DNA from: Myxococcota bacterium
GTDB lineage: Bacteria > Myxococcota_A > UBA9160 > SZUA-336
Direction of reading: 5' to 3'
Assembly: GCA_965247115.1 (NCBI GenBank)
Contig: CBDFGR010000001.1
Span: 1 to 64,000 of the forward strand
DNA: 64,000 nt
Shown piece by piece: positions 37,273 through 46,013 of the stretch. The position numbers and the translations under genes were made by a program. Under the pieces are notes generated by a model. That model was given only the letters and a program-made list of their open reading frames with translations, was not told where the DNA came from and ran no database searches. Position 1 is the first letter of the stretch, and the number at the start of each line of letters is the position of its first letter.

Positions 37273-37323
37273 TCCGACGATTCTTCGCCGACGGGATGGA
37301 TGCCCGACGCACTCGGCCACTCT

Positions 37324-37632
37324 TCAGCCTGCTCCGATTTTTCGACCGATCTGCGTCGGAGATGCTCCCATCGCAAGGAGCGCACGCACGAGCAGATCAA
37401 TCGTTGCTTCTCCCTTCTCCAGTTTCGCTACACGTGGCTGGCTCGATCCCATTCGAGCTGCAAGCTGCGTCTGGCTCACTCGTCCTTTGGCTCTCTTCTC
37501 CTTCACTGCCTTTGCGAGGGCGACCTTCATCTCGATGAATGCCATCTCGCTGTCCGAGAGATCCAGGAGTTCCTGAACCGTCCCGATCTGCCAGCCGTCG
37601 GCCTCAAGGGCCTCCAGTTCCTTCTTCTTCAT
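37324..37632 (-). CDS. XRE-HTH antitoxin (HigA-like)
   Basis: VSQTQLAARMGSSQPRVAKLEKG; downstream of toxin. Confidence 0.85.
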   Translation of the reverse strand: MKKKELEALEADGWQIGTVQELLDLSDSEMAFIEMKVALAKAVKEKRAKGRVSQTQLAARMGSSQPRVAKLEKGEATIDLLVRALLAMGASPTQIGRKIGAG

Positions 37633-37716
37633 GGGTGAGCTTCTTCCTGAGTTGGGGGGGCTGGACCTGGATCCGTTGGGGGGGACCTTCAGTCCATCGC
37701 GGGTCTCAGTCGAGAC

Positions 37717-38073
37717 CTACCGTGTGCTGCCTCTCCTCTTTGCTTCGTCATAGCGCGCGAGGCGCTGTTTGGTTGTTTCGATGACGCCCTTGGGGGTCCG
37801 CTTCGTATCCTTGTCGAACCACTGGATCACCACGATCCGGTCGGCGTCGATTCGGTAGAGAATTCGCCATGTCGCCTTCGCCTTTTCGTCCTTGATTCGA
37901 AGCTCATGCACCCTCCGCCCGATCGCGGGCATCGGCCGAGAGTGGGGCATCGAGAGCGACTCGCCTTGCTGCAGTTGCCGGAGCAGGAACCCTGCCCATA
38001 GGCGAGCTTCCTGACTCATCGGCGGTGTGTGCCATTCTGCGGCGAGCCAAGCAATCGGCTTGTCCTCTGCCAT
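37717..38073 (-). CDS. RelE/HigB-like toxin (Gp49/DUF891 type)
   Basis: MPHSRPMPAIG..VHELRIKD...WRILYR...FDKDTKRTP. Confidence 0.88.
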   Translation of the reverse strand: MAEDKPIAWLAAEWHTPPMSQEARLWAGFLLRQLQQGESLSMPHSRPMPAIGRRVHELRIKDEKAKATWRILYRIDADRIVVIQWFDKDTKRTPKGVIETTKQRLARYDEAKRRGSTR

Positions 38074-38082
38074 ATGCCGAGA

Positions 38083-38110
38083 ATGATATACCTATTTCGG
38101 TATATGTCAA
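38083..38110 (-). promoter_or_regulatory. TA promoter with operator inverted repeat
   Basis: TTGACA-N16-TATCAT; ATATACC-N6-GGTATAT at 38086-38105. Confidence 0.75.
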
Positions 38111-38208
38111 GGGGTTGGCTGCCCGTCATTACTTCTGTTTGGGAATTATCCCTGAAACTTTCCACGCCCGAGCCGCCAGCGCTTCGTCTCCGACGGTTTG
38201 CGAGGTCA

Positions 38209-39165
38209 CTACGGTCCGATCAGCAAGGCTGTGGTGTTTACGTTGAAGCGATGTGTTTCGAGTTCACCTTCAAGACGGTATTTGGCAAGTTCAAGGTAAG
38301 CTGGCTCAATCTCGATTCCTATGGAATTCCGGCCCATGTGCATCGCAGCGATCAGGGTTGAACAGGTCCCGACAAATGGGTCTAGTACAGTATCCCCAGC
38401 GAACGAAAACATGCGGATCAGGCGCTCAGCAACTTCCGTGGGATAGGGCGCCGGGTGTCCGTTCCGCGTCGAAGCCCCTTTAATGTCCGTCCACGCCGAC
38501 TTGAACCAGCTCCGAACCTCCGCTTTGGTCAGCATCGAGAGTGCCTGTTGCTCGGCGGACGGCGAGCGGTAACCTGCTCCCTTCCTGAAGAACAGAATGT
38601 ATTCCACATCATTCTTAATCACGCCGCCGGGCTGGTAGGGCTTTCCGTAGTAGCGCGCCCCGTTGCCGCTCGCCTCTTGGAGGCCGTTAGAGATCTTGTG
38701 CCAGAAGATCGGCGTAAGACAGTCCAGACCCAGCGCGCGGGATCGGACCTGAATATCCGCATGTAACGGCACGACGTAGTGTTTCCCGTTCTTTTTCCTC
38801 GACATACACACGTCGCCGACCACGCAGCAGATCCTCCCACCTGGCACCAACACGCGCTCACACTCGCGCCATACGCGATCTAGAGACACCAGAAACTGCT
38901 CGTAATCTTCTATATCGCCAAGCTGGTCTTTGGCAGCGGGATGCTTTTTCAACGTCCAGTATGGCGGGGATGTGACAATCAGATGTATGGAGCCCGCTTC
39001 TATCTGATCCAGCTTTCTCGCGTCGCCCAGGTGGAGCGTGTGTGTCGTCTTATCGAACGGCTCCGGCCACTGGCTATCCCGATGTCTCTGGTTGGCCTCA
39101 AGCAGATTTTCGAGGCTTCCAGATTTCTCCCGAACCGGGTCATAGACATTGAGCGGCTCGTTCAT
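38209..39165 (-). CDS. Beta-class N4C/N6A DNA methyltransferase (orphan)
   Basis: TSPPY motif IV precedes HPAPYP and DPFVGT motif I. Confidence 0.92.
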   Translation of the reverse strand: MNEPLNVYDPVREKSGSLENLLEANQRHRDSQWPEPFDKTTHTLHLGDARKLDQIEAGSIHLIVTSPPYWTLKKHPAAKDQLGDIEDYEQFLVSLDRVWRECERVLVPGGRICCVVGDVCMSRKKNGKHYVVPLHADIQVRSRALGLDCLTPIFWHKISNGLQEASGNGARYYGKPYQPGGVIKNDVEYILFFRKGAGYRSPSAEQQALSMLTKAEVRSWFKSAWTDIKGASTRNGHPAPYPTEVAERLIRMFSFAGDTVLDPFVGTCSTLIAAMHMGRNSIGIEIEPAYLELAKYRLEGELETHRFNVNTTALLIGP

Positions 39166-40232
39166 CGTTCGCCTTCTTGACTGACGGGATGGATGCCCGT
39201 CTGCAATCGCGAGCTCAGCACTCGGAATGCCCTCGCAGCCACAGCCGGTACGACTCCGTTACCGAGGCAGCGCAATCGGTCCATCCGAGAGGGAACCCCA
39301 TCAGCCACTCGACCCATGTCGGGTTCAGTGAGCCACCAGCCATCGCCGGAAGATCCGGGCCGTTCGTTCTTGCCCGCTCCTTCGCCGCCCCCTCCGGGGT
39401 CCTGCGCCCCTTGATGCTGTCGGCTGCTCGGGGCGTCGGCCACACCAAGACCACCTCGCTCAACGGTCGAGCATTCGTCCCGATCAGATTTTGCTTCGCG
39501 TCGCCTGCGGTCGGCGTGGGCCATCTCCCATTCCGCGCCATCGTCTCCAGGCTCTCGCGCACCGGACCCACCCGGCCCATCCCGCCGCCCTGATTCGTCC
39601 CGTAGGTCTGGGCGCTGGGCGTCGGGAACATCCTGACGGCATTTTCCAGCCCGACTTGGCGCTTCCCCTTGTCGGTCTTTCCTTTCGCCAGAATGTCCTC
39701 GGGCTTCATGGTCCGTCCCCCGTTTGGCACGCCGGGAGTAGGCCAAGATGAAGACGCGCCGCCTGAGGTGCGGTGCTCCGCTTCCGGCTGCACTGAACAC
39801 ACTCCACTCCGCATCGAACCCGAGCCCGGCCAGGTCTCCGAGAATGTGTCCCAGCCCGTGACCAAGGAGGCCTGGCACGTTCTCCAGGAACACGTAGCGG
39901 GGTCCCACCTCGCGAACGATGCGGGTAATGTCGGGCCAGAGCCAGCGGTCATCGTCTACGCCCCGCTGGTCCCCGGCCACGCTGAACGGCTGGCATGGGA
40001 AACCGGCAGAGATGAGAGCCACCTCACCGCTAAAGAGGCTGCTTGGGAAGGTCGCGAGATCGTCCCAGATAGGCGCGCGATCCAAGGCCTGGTCTTCCAT
40101 CCGCGCCACGAGACAGGCCGCTGCGTAGGCGTCCCGCTCGCAGTAACCCATACAGCGATACCGTGGTCCGAGGGCAAGCTTGAGTCCCAGCTCAAGTCCT
40201 CCAACTCCGGCACATAGAGCCACACCGTTCAA
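39162..40232 (-). CDS. C5-cytosine DNA methyltransferase
   Basis: CAGVGG, GFPCQPFS, ENV, HLRRRVF, LGNGVV; TTG start overlaps upstream TGA. Confidence 0.92.
   Translation of the reverse strand: MNGVALCAGVGGLELGLKLALGPRYRCMGYCERDAYAAACLVARMEDQALDRAPIWDDLATFPSSLFSGEVALISAGFPCQPFSVAGDQRGVDDDRWLWPDITRIVREVGPRYVFLENVPGLLGHGLGHILGDLAGLGFDAEWSVFSAAGSGAPHLRRRVFILAYSRRAKRGTDHEARGHSGERKDRQGEAPSRAGKCRQDVPDAQRPDLRDESGRRDGPGGSGAREPGDDGAEWEMAHADRRRREAKSDRDECSTVERGGLGVADAPSSRQHQGAQDPGGGGEGAGKNERPGSSGDGWWLTEPDMGRVADGVPSRMDRLRCLGNGVVPAVAARAFRVLSSRLQTGIHPVSQEGER
39215..39952 (-). CDS. Overlapping alternate-frame ORF with WPTP repeats inside the C5 MTase
   Basis: WPTP x3, FPTP, LNPTWVEWLMGFPLGWTD. Confidence 0.45.
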   Translation of the reverse strand: MTAGSGPTLPASFARWDPATCSWRTCQASLVTGWDTFSETWPGSGSMRSGVCSVQPEAEHRTSGGASSSWPTPGVPNGGRTMKPEDILAKGKTDKGKRQVGLENAVRMFPTPSAQTYGTNQGGGMGRVGPVRESLETMARNGRWPTPTAGDAKQNLIGTNARPLSEVVLVWPTPRAADSIKGRRTPEGAAKERARTNGPDLPAMAGGSLNPTWVEWLMGFPLGWTDCAASVTESYRLWLRGHSEC

Positions 40233-40618
40233 TCTCCCTCCGTACCGACGGGATGGATGAACGTCGGTCGAACGTACCGGAGCGGATCGATCAGCTCCCT
40301 CATTCGCTTGTAGCACTTGGGAGCCATCCGGAATCGAGCCTCCTCGTGGTAGAGAGCAGCGAGTTCGTACCAGTGCTCCGCCAAGGCGCCCCAGACTGGA
40401 TCAAGCGCCTCCATCTCGGGTAGCCGTTCCTTCCACTCTGGGAACCTCTCGAGGAGTCGCAGGCACCGGCCCAAGTCGTCGGGATCAAGAGGGTAGGCGC
40501 AGGCGTCGGGGTCCTCACGGTCGGGATCAATCCCGGCCATGTATCGAGCGAGCGCCATCGACGACATGCCCGTATCCCTACCCGCCATCCACCGCATGAC
40601 CTCGCGGAGATCAGCCAT
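40229..40618 (-). CDS. Phage hypothetical protein
   Basis: WMAGRDTGMSS...YPLDPDDLGRCLRLL..FPEW. Confidence 0.75.
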   Translation of the reverse strand: MADLREVMRWMAGRDTGMSSMALARYMAGIDPDREDPDACAYPLDPDDLGRCLRLLERFPEWKERLPEMEALDPVWGALAEHWYELAALYHEEARFRMAPKCYKRMRELIDPLRYVRPTFIHPVGTEGD

Positions 40619-40877
40619 TGTCTCGACAAGCGGGATGGATGCCCGTCATTGGACCATCGCTTCGCGTAGGTCCGCAGACACGCCGATGCTCTTCGACAGG
40701 GATGTCGAGTGCCCCCAAGATCCATCGGCGGGTGCGGAGCTGGGGTCGATGCCAGCCGCGCTCGATGGCGCGGACGGTGGACCAGTGGACACCAGCCCGC
40801 TCGGCCAGTTCCTCTCGGGAGAGCAGCCGTGTCTCGCGTTCGTAGCGTAGATCGTTGGGGTCGCCGTTCGTCGTCAT
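40611..40877 (-). CDS. XRE-family HTH protein (ORF open to 40958)
   Basis: LSREELAERAGVHWSTVRAIERG. Confidence 0.8.
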   Translation of the reverse strand: MTTNGDPNDLRYERETRLLSREELAERAGVHWSTVRAIERGWHRPQLRTRRWILGALDIPVEEHRRVCGPTRSDGPMTGIHPACRDNG

Positions 40878-40954
40878 GGAATGTCCGATTGACTGCCCGG
40901 GTTGGCTGCCCGTCTGCAATTGCGCCTCTTCCGGTGTGGGCTCCTGATCTGTCA

Positions 40955-41278
40955 TCACTTCTCCTCCTGACCCACGCTGTGGGCACCCGTCGGCGCACAG
41001 TCAGCGACAGTCAGGCCATCGGGAAAGATGATGTGCTCGGGGTCCTTGAAGTGGAACAGCCCGTAGCCGTTGCAGTGACACGCCCAGGAGATGCCGATGT
41101 CACCACGGAACTCCAGCATCTCCATGCCCTTACGTTTCTCACAGAGGCGCCCGCACATCTGGATCGCGACGCACTTTCGCTCGTTGGTAAGCTCAAACTT
41201 CTTGGGTGCTGGCTCCGGAAGCTCTGGCAGATCCGGACCGCACGCGACGAGCACGAGGGCGAGCAAGGTTCGCTTCAC
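40955..41278 (-). CDS. Cys-rich lipoprotein
   Basis: MKRTLLALVLVAC lipobox; GAGGAG RBS. Confidence 0.7.
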   Translation of the reverse strand: MKRTLLALVLVACGPDLPELPEPAPKKFELTNERKCVAIQMCGRLCEKRKGMEMLEFRGDIGISWACHCNGYGLFHFKDPEHIIFPDGLTVADCAPTGAHSVGQEEK

Positions 41279-41312
41279 TTTCCCTCCTCAGGAACGCCGG
41301 GATGGATGACCG

Positions 41313-41657
41313 TCACCACCCCATCCCCACCGTTGTCTTGATCCGCTCCCGCGCCTGGTCGTGCAGGTAGTCGTGCTTGAGGTCCATCCCGAGGCCTCGG
41401 CGGCCGAGCTCGATCGCGACCTTCACAGTCGTCCCCGATCCGACGAATGGATCGAACACAAGCCCGCCGGCCGGACAGCCCGCGAGGATGCAGCGCTTCG
41501 CGAGCTCGGTGGGGAAGACGGCCATGTGCGCGCCGTGGTAGGGCTCTGTGGCCAGGCTCCAGACAGTGCGCGCCCGCGAGTCCCTCTGCGCGTGCTGGAT
41601 CTTGCGCTCGCGCTGGTCGGCCAGAGGAATCGCTCGAGCGTCGCCACGGACCAGCAC
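41313..41657 (-). pseudogene. Internally deleted N4/N6 DNA methyltransferase
   Basis: GDARAIPLADQ joined to TVW...HMAVFP...DPFVGSGTT; no SPPY/DPPY motif. Confidence 0.75.
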
Positions 41658-41820
41658 TCAGTCTCCTTGACCCGCGGGTTGGCTGCCCGTCAGGCGTACC
41701 GCTCGAAGGTGGCGGCTGTAGCTGGAGAGTTCGGGATCTTCGAGGACCTGGTTGACTGTCTCGTGCACGCGTCGTCGCGGCTCCGTCGGCAACTTTGCGA
41801 GTGGTCTCTGTCGCGTAAGT

Positions 41821-41891
41821 GCCCGAGAACATTGGCTTGATGTAACCCATACACGCCAACGTAGCGGGTTCAAATCCCGCCCCGGGCACCA
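41821..41891 (+). ncRNA. D-arm-less tRNA-like element or tRNA 3' att remnant
   Basis: GCCCGAG/CCCGGGC acceptor, GCGGG-TTCAAAT-CCCGC T arm, ACCA. Confidence 0.55.
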
Positions 41892-41934
41892 ACAACCAAA
41901 GAGGCGGCGGCGAAGGACCCCACCTACGGTGGTC

Positions 41935-42810
41935 TCACCTGTTGAGTATCAGCACTGCGGCCGGAGGACTCGCCGTAGGGTTACTTGGGTTGAAGTCGTC
42001 TATCACGGTACACACGATAATCGGATGGCTCATGGCGCCGCCCGCGGTCAACTGCCGAACGACTGCGTGCCCACCAAAGAAGCTGAAAGTGTCGTTCTCC
42101 TCGACAACGACGGGTGTGGTGGGGGAACCAAGTCCGCCACCCAGATGGATCCGTGTCTGGCCGAGTTCGCTCAGCAAGCCATTGTCGCTCGTGTACTGGA
42201 AGCCCAGTCCGCCTGTGTCACTTCTCCTGTCGATGTTCGTTTCGAAGAATCCGCTGGTTATGTCCGCAGAGTTGAGTTCCTGTCCCATGGCCTCTAGGAC
42301 CTCGGCGTCGGTATCCTCCAAGGCGGCGGCATTCCGTGCCCAGCACTCTGCCTCCGCAGGAGCTGGAGGGTAGAACCCCGGAGTGATGTCGAAATCCATC
42401 ATGATCCCGTCGTTGTGGGTGTTGCCGGCGTCGAAAATATCGAACTCAGAATTGCCGATTTGAATCTTCTTGGAGCTGTCGGTGCCCACCCGCACGGGAA
42501 ACGGGGGGAGTGGCGTTGTGTTTTGGTCATCGTCTGGGTAGTCGATGCCGCCTTCCGCGTCGTCCGTCGATGATTGCCTCCCGAAGTTCAAGGTGGCGCC
42601 CTCGGGTGCGTCGTTTGGTGGCCCGGTGTTGCAGTGCTTATGATGAGTGCCCACCTCCCTGTTGCAGGGGTGCGCCTGCGCAGGAGCGACCGCCAAGCCC
42701 AGTACCAGCACAAAGACTGAAAACGCGCAGAGTGCTGTGAATGTTCCTGGCAAGGCACAGAGCACCACTGATCGAGACCAGGCTTTGGATGAGAAATTCT
42801 TTGAGTTCAT
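41935..42810 (-). CDS. Secreted hypothetical protein
   Basis: Signal ending APAQA; HPC...HHKHC; AGGAG RBS. Confidence 0.7.
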   Translation of the reverse strand: MNSKNFSSKAWSRSVVLCALPGTFTALCAFSVFVLVLGLAVAPAQAHPCNREVGTHHKHCNTGPPNDAPEGATLNFGRQSSTDDAEGGIDYPDDDQNTTPLPPFPVRVGTDSSKKIQIGNSEFDIFDAGNTHNDGIMMDFDITPGFYPPAPAEAECWARNAAALEDTDAEVLEAMGQELNSADITSGFFETNIDRRSDTGGLGFQYTSDNGLLSELGQTRIHLGGGLGSPTTPVVVEENDTFSFFGGHAVVRQLTAGGAMSHPIIVCTVIDDFNPSNPTASPPAAVLILNR

Positions 42811-43069
42811 ATCGATTCTCCTTCTGGTACGGCACGCACTGAAGTCCCGGGCCAGGTCGCTGATCCGATGGCGTCCCACGGGTCTGTGAGCCCGCATGTA
42901 GAGCACGTTCGTGGTCGAGCAGCTCCCTAGCCCCCGACCGTTCGCGGATCCAATGATCCGAACCTACCCAAGCTGCTCGGCACTAACTTCACCTCAATGT
43001 CCCCTCTTCCTCACTTCTCGCAGTCGTGGGATACTGAACACACCATTCGTGGTCGCGGGGTAATCGTAA

Positions 43070-45544
43070 GTGACTGGATCCTCTGCGGATTCTGGTTCCG
43101 CTGATAGGCGTGGGGATGCAAGAGATTCTGTAGGTCGCGTGTACGCTTTCGGGGACTTCGAGCTGCGGGCTGAGAGCTGCGAGCTGCTTCGATCGGGCCG
43201 TCCCACCGATCTCCAGCTCATCCCGACGAGGTTGCTCCTCTACCTTCTCGAAAACCGCGAACGGGCGGTGCCCAAGACGGAGCTCCTCGACGAGATCTGG
43301 CCGGACACCCACGTGAGCGAATCCGCCTTCACTACGGCGGTGGGAAGGCTTCGTCAGCAGCTAGGAGATGACGGAGCTACTCAGCGCTTTATCCGGGCTC
43401 GCCGAGGTCGCGGGTATCAGTTCGTCGCAGAGGTCGAGGAGCGTTTTCAGACGGAGGCTACCCCGAGACGGGAGGAACCGCCTGCACTCTCGGATGGAGA
43501 TCCGATTCTTCGAGAAGGCTCTCCCGATCGAATCGTTCGCCCGAATCGCTTCGGTCTGCGGACCGCCCAGCGAGGTGCGGTTGCCGTTCTCCTAGCCCTC
43601 CTCGCGCTCGTCTGGTGGTACGGGAGGGCGCCCACTGGGTCGGTCAGGGCCCTCGCGTTCGAGGAACGGGACTGGGTGCTCGTCGCCGCCTTCGAAAATC
43701 ATGCCGGCGAGGTGCTCTTCGATGGCACACTCGAGGCCGCCTTGGCGCGAGAGCTCGGCAACTCGCGCTTTGTCAATGTGGTGCCGCGGGAGCGGATCCA
43801 GGACACCCTGCGGCTCATGAAGAAACCCTTGGACACCCGCGTGGACTCCGAGGTGGGCCGCGAGATCTGCCTGCGCGACGGGGGCATCCGCGCGCTGTTG
43901 ACGGGCCGCGTCGATAAGCTCGGCTCGGCGTATCTGTTGAGCGTAGAGCTCGTCGACCCGACAGAGGGGCTCACAGTCGCGAGTCTGAGCGAGACCGCGC
44001 AGGGGGAGGACCAGGTGCTGTCGGCCCTCCATCGGCTTGCCACGAGCACCCGTGAAACGCTCGGCGAGGAGATCCAGCAGCTCCGCGTGAGCGACGAGGA
44101 GTTCGAGACAGTCAGCACGACCTCGTTGCGAGCTCTTCAGCTCTTCTCGCAGGCCGATGCCGCGATCGCGAGGCAGAAGAACGACGTCGCAGAGGTGCTG
44201 CTGAAGCAGGCCATCGTGGAGGACCGCGAGTTCGCCTCCGCGTACAACCACCTCGCGCACTCGCTCAGAAATCAACGCCGACCGCAGGAAGAGTTCATTC
44301 CTTACGCCCGCAGAGCTCTGGAACTGTCCGAGCCGCTTCCCGAGCGCGAGCGCTACTTCATCGAGGGAAGCTACTTCTCTTTCCTGGGGCAATACGACCA
44401 GGAGATACTGAGCTACGAGGCGCTTCTCCAGCTCCATCCCGATCACTACTGGGCAAACAACAACATGGCCGCGATGCTGCAGCTTGTGGGCCGAGCGGAG
44501 GAAGCCATTCCGTATTTTGTGCGGCGGGCCGAGCTACGGCCTCACGACTTCCGCGTGAACGTCCAGGCCGGGTGGCAGGTCGCCTTGTCGGGAGACTCGA
44601 GTCAGGCCGCGCTCCTGTTTGGAAAAGCCGTGGAACTCCTTCCGCCACTCTCGGACCCGCCACCGACGCCGAACGGTGCACGTGCAGTTGCGGCGACACT
44701 CCTTTACCCGACCCAGGACCTCTGGCTACGAGGAGATCTGGAGCGTCTGGTAACGGAGCTAGAGCGCTGGGAAGAGAGGCTGCCCTCGATGCACCCCGAT
44801 CTGCGGAAGGGCGTGGCCTGGTATCTGTCCCTCGGCTATTGGAGCGTTGGGCAGACCAGAACGGATCTCGGTGTCTTCACTATGTCCGATGAAGGGGATC
44901 GCACGTTGCGCGCGTTGGCTATCGCGAGCGCACAGGACGATTTGACACTGCTGCGCGAGACTCTACAAGAGGAGTCCACCGACATGAGCGCGTGCTGGAT
45001 AGACAACACCTGGTGCGTGCCGCTTGCCAGTCGCCGAGTTCAGCTGCTCGCTCAAGCCGGACTCTTGGCCGAGGCACGAGAAGCGCTAGCACAGTTCGAG
45101 GCCTTGGACGGCGCCCCTTGGCTCTATAAGGAGAGCGTCCTCCTGGTCCTACGCGGCGAGCTCGCCCTGGCCGAGGGACATACGGATGCCGCCATCTCGT
45201 TGCTGGAAGCGGGGCTGCCGCTCGAGAGATCCCGATTCAGCTTCATCCATCTCCCCGGATCGATATCTCTGTCGAGTGCCTTGCTGGAGAGAGGCGAGCG
45301 AACCAGGGCCCTTGGCGTGCTGCAAGAGACATCAGAGCTCAAGTCTCGGACCTACGTCAACAGGTGGCAGTGGGTGAACGCCCAGGTCGTTCTCGCAGAC
45401 CGCTACCGTGAGCTGGGTTACGAGGCCGAAGCCCGAGAAATCGAAGAGGAGCTGCTCGGGCTGATGGCCTATGCCGACCCTGACTTTCCTCTCCTTCTCC
45501 GACTTCAAGGGATCAGCAACTCAGCCATCCAGGACAGTGGTTGA
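43070..45544 (+). CDS. ToxR/CadC-like wHTH-TM-TolB-like-TPR regulator
   Basis: YAFGDFEL...ELLDEIW...LRQQLGD...RGRGYQF; TM segment; TPRs. Confidence 0.88.
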   Translation: MTGSSADSGSADRRGDARDSVGRVYAFGDFELRAESCELLRSGRPTDLQLIPTRLLLYLLENRERAVPKTELLDEIWPDTHVSESAFTTAVGRLRQQLGDDGATQRFIRARRGRGYQFVAEVEERFQTEATPRREEPPALSDGDPILREGSPDRIVRPNRFGLRTAQRGAVAVLLALLALVWWYGRAPTGSVRALAFEERDWVLVAAFENHAGEVLFDGTLEAALARELGNSRFVNVVPRERIQDTLRLMKKPLDTRVDSEVGREICLRDGGIRALLTGRVDKLGSAYLLSVELVDPTEGLTVASLSETAQGEDQVLSALHRLATSTRETLGEEIQQLRVSDEEFETVSTTSLRALQLFSQADAAIARQKNDVAEVLLKQAIVEDREFASAYNHLAHSLRNQRRPQEEFIPYARRALELSEPLPERERYFIEGSYFSFLGQYDQEILSYEALLQLHPDHYWANNNMAAMLQLVGRAEEAIPYFVRRAELRPHDFRVNVQAGWQVALSGDSSQAALLFGKAVELLPPLSDPPPTPNGARAVAATLLYPTQDLWLRGDLERLVTELERWEERLPSMHPDLRKGVAWYLSLGYWSVGQTRTDLGVFTMSDEGDRTLRALAIASAQDDLTLLRETLQEESTDMSACWIDNTWCVPLASRRVQLLAQAGLLAEAREALAQFEALDGAPWLYKESVLLVLRGELALAEGHTDAAISLLEAGLPLERSRFSFIHLPGSISLSSALLERGERTRALGVLQETSELKSRTYVNRWQWVNAQVVLADRYRELGYEAEAREIEEELLGLMAYADPDFPLLLRLQGISNSAIQDSG

Positions 45545-45680
45545 GTCCCCACTTACCGAGATGGGCGCGACAGCGCACTTGGAGCTGCGTGAAGGAGGAG
45601 GGATGCCGGCGCCATCAGGGTGGACCCAGTCGGACCAAGCCTGCGGGTCCCCCGCGCGGGGCGCCGCGGTTCGATCCGCG

Positions 45681-46004
45681 TTAGTCGGGGTTGGAGAAGC
45701 GGAAGGAGCTTCGGACGGTCTCTTCGGGAGTCTGCTCGAGCAGCGTCTCGAGGGTGTCGCGGTCCACGATCGTCGTGCGCTGGTAGGACATCTCGGGTCG
45801 TTCGAGCTCTATGCGGTAGAGCTCGAGCGGGCCGCGCAGGATCTGGCGTATGTGGGCGTGGCCACCCTCGTCGAGGTCTCGCTGGATCGAGCTCAGGATT
45901 CGGCGGACTCGCCGCTCTCGCTTCTCGATCTCGTCCAGGTCCAGGTCGAAAGCGCGGGCTCCGCGCAGCCGTCGGAAGCTTCCCGGAATGGACGAAGGAG
46001 GCAC
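45681..46004 (-). CDS. Hypothetical protein
   Basis: 107-aa ORF following the PilZ gene on the same strand. Confidence 0.55.
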   Translation of the reverse strand: MPPSSIPGSFRRLRGARAFDLDLDEIEKRERRVRRILSSIQRDLDEGGHAHIRQILRGPLELYRIELERPEMSYQRTTIVDRDTLETLLEQTPEETVRSSFRFSNPD

Positions 46005-46013
46005 GAGTTAATG

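Larger units (their letters stand above)
37290..41691 (-). repeat. Eight direct copies of a 19-bp quasi-palindrome GACGGG-CAKCCAW-CCCGTC
   Basis: Copies start (+ coordinates) at 37290, 38109, 39183, 40247, 40629, 40896, 41296, 41673. Confidence 0.9.

Noticed and set aside
37290..41691. 19-bp repeats as CRISPR repeats or classical integron attC sites
   Set aside because: Spacing is gene-sized and irregular; no RYYYAAC/GTTRRRY boxes and no IntI gene
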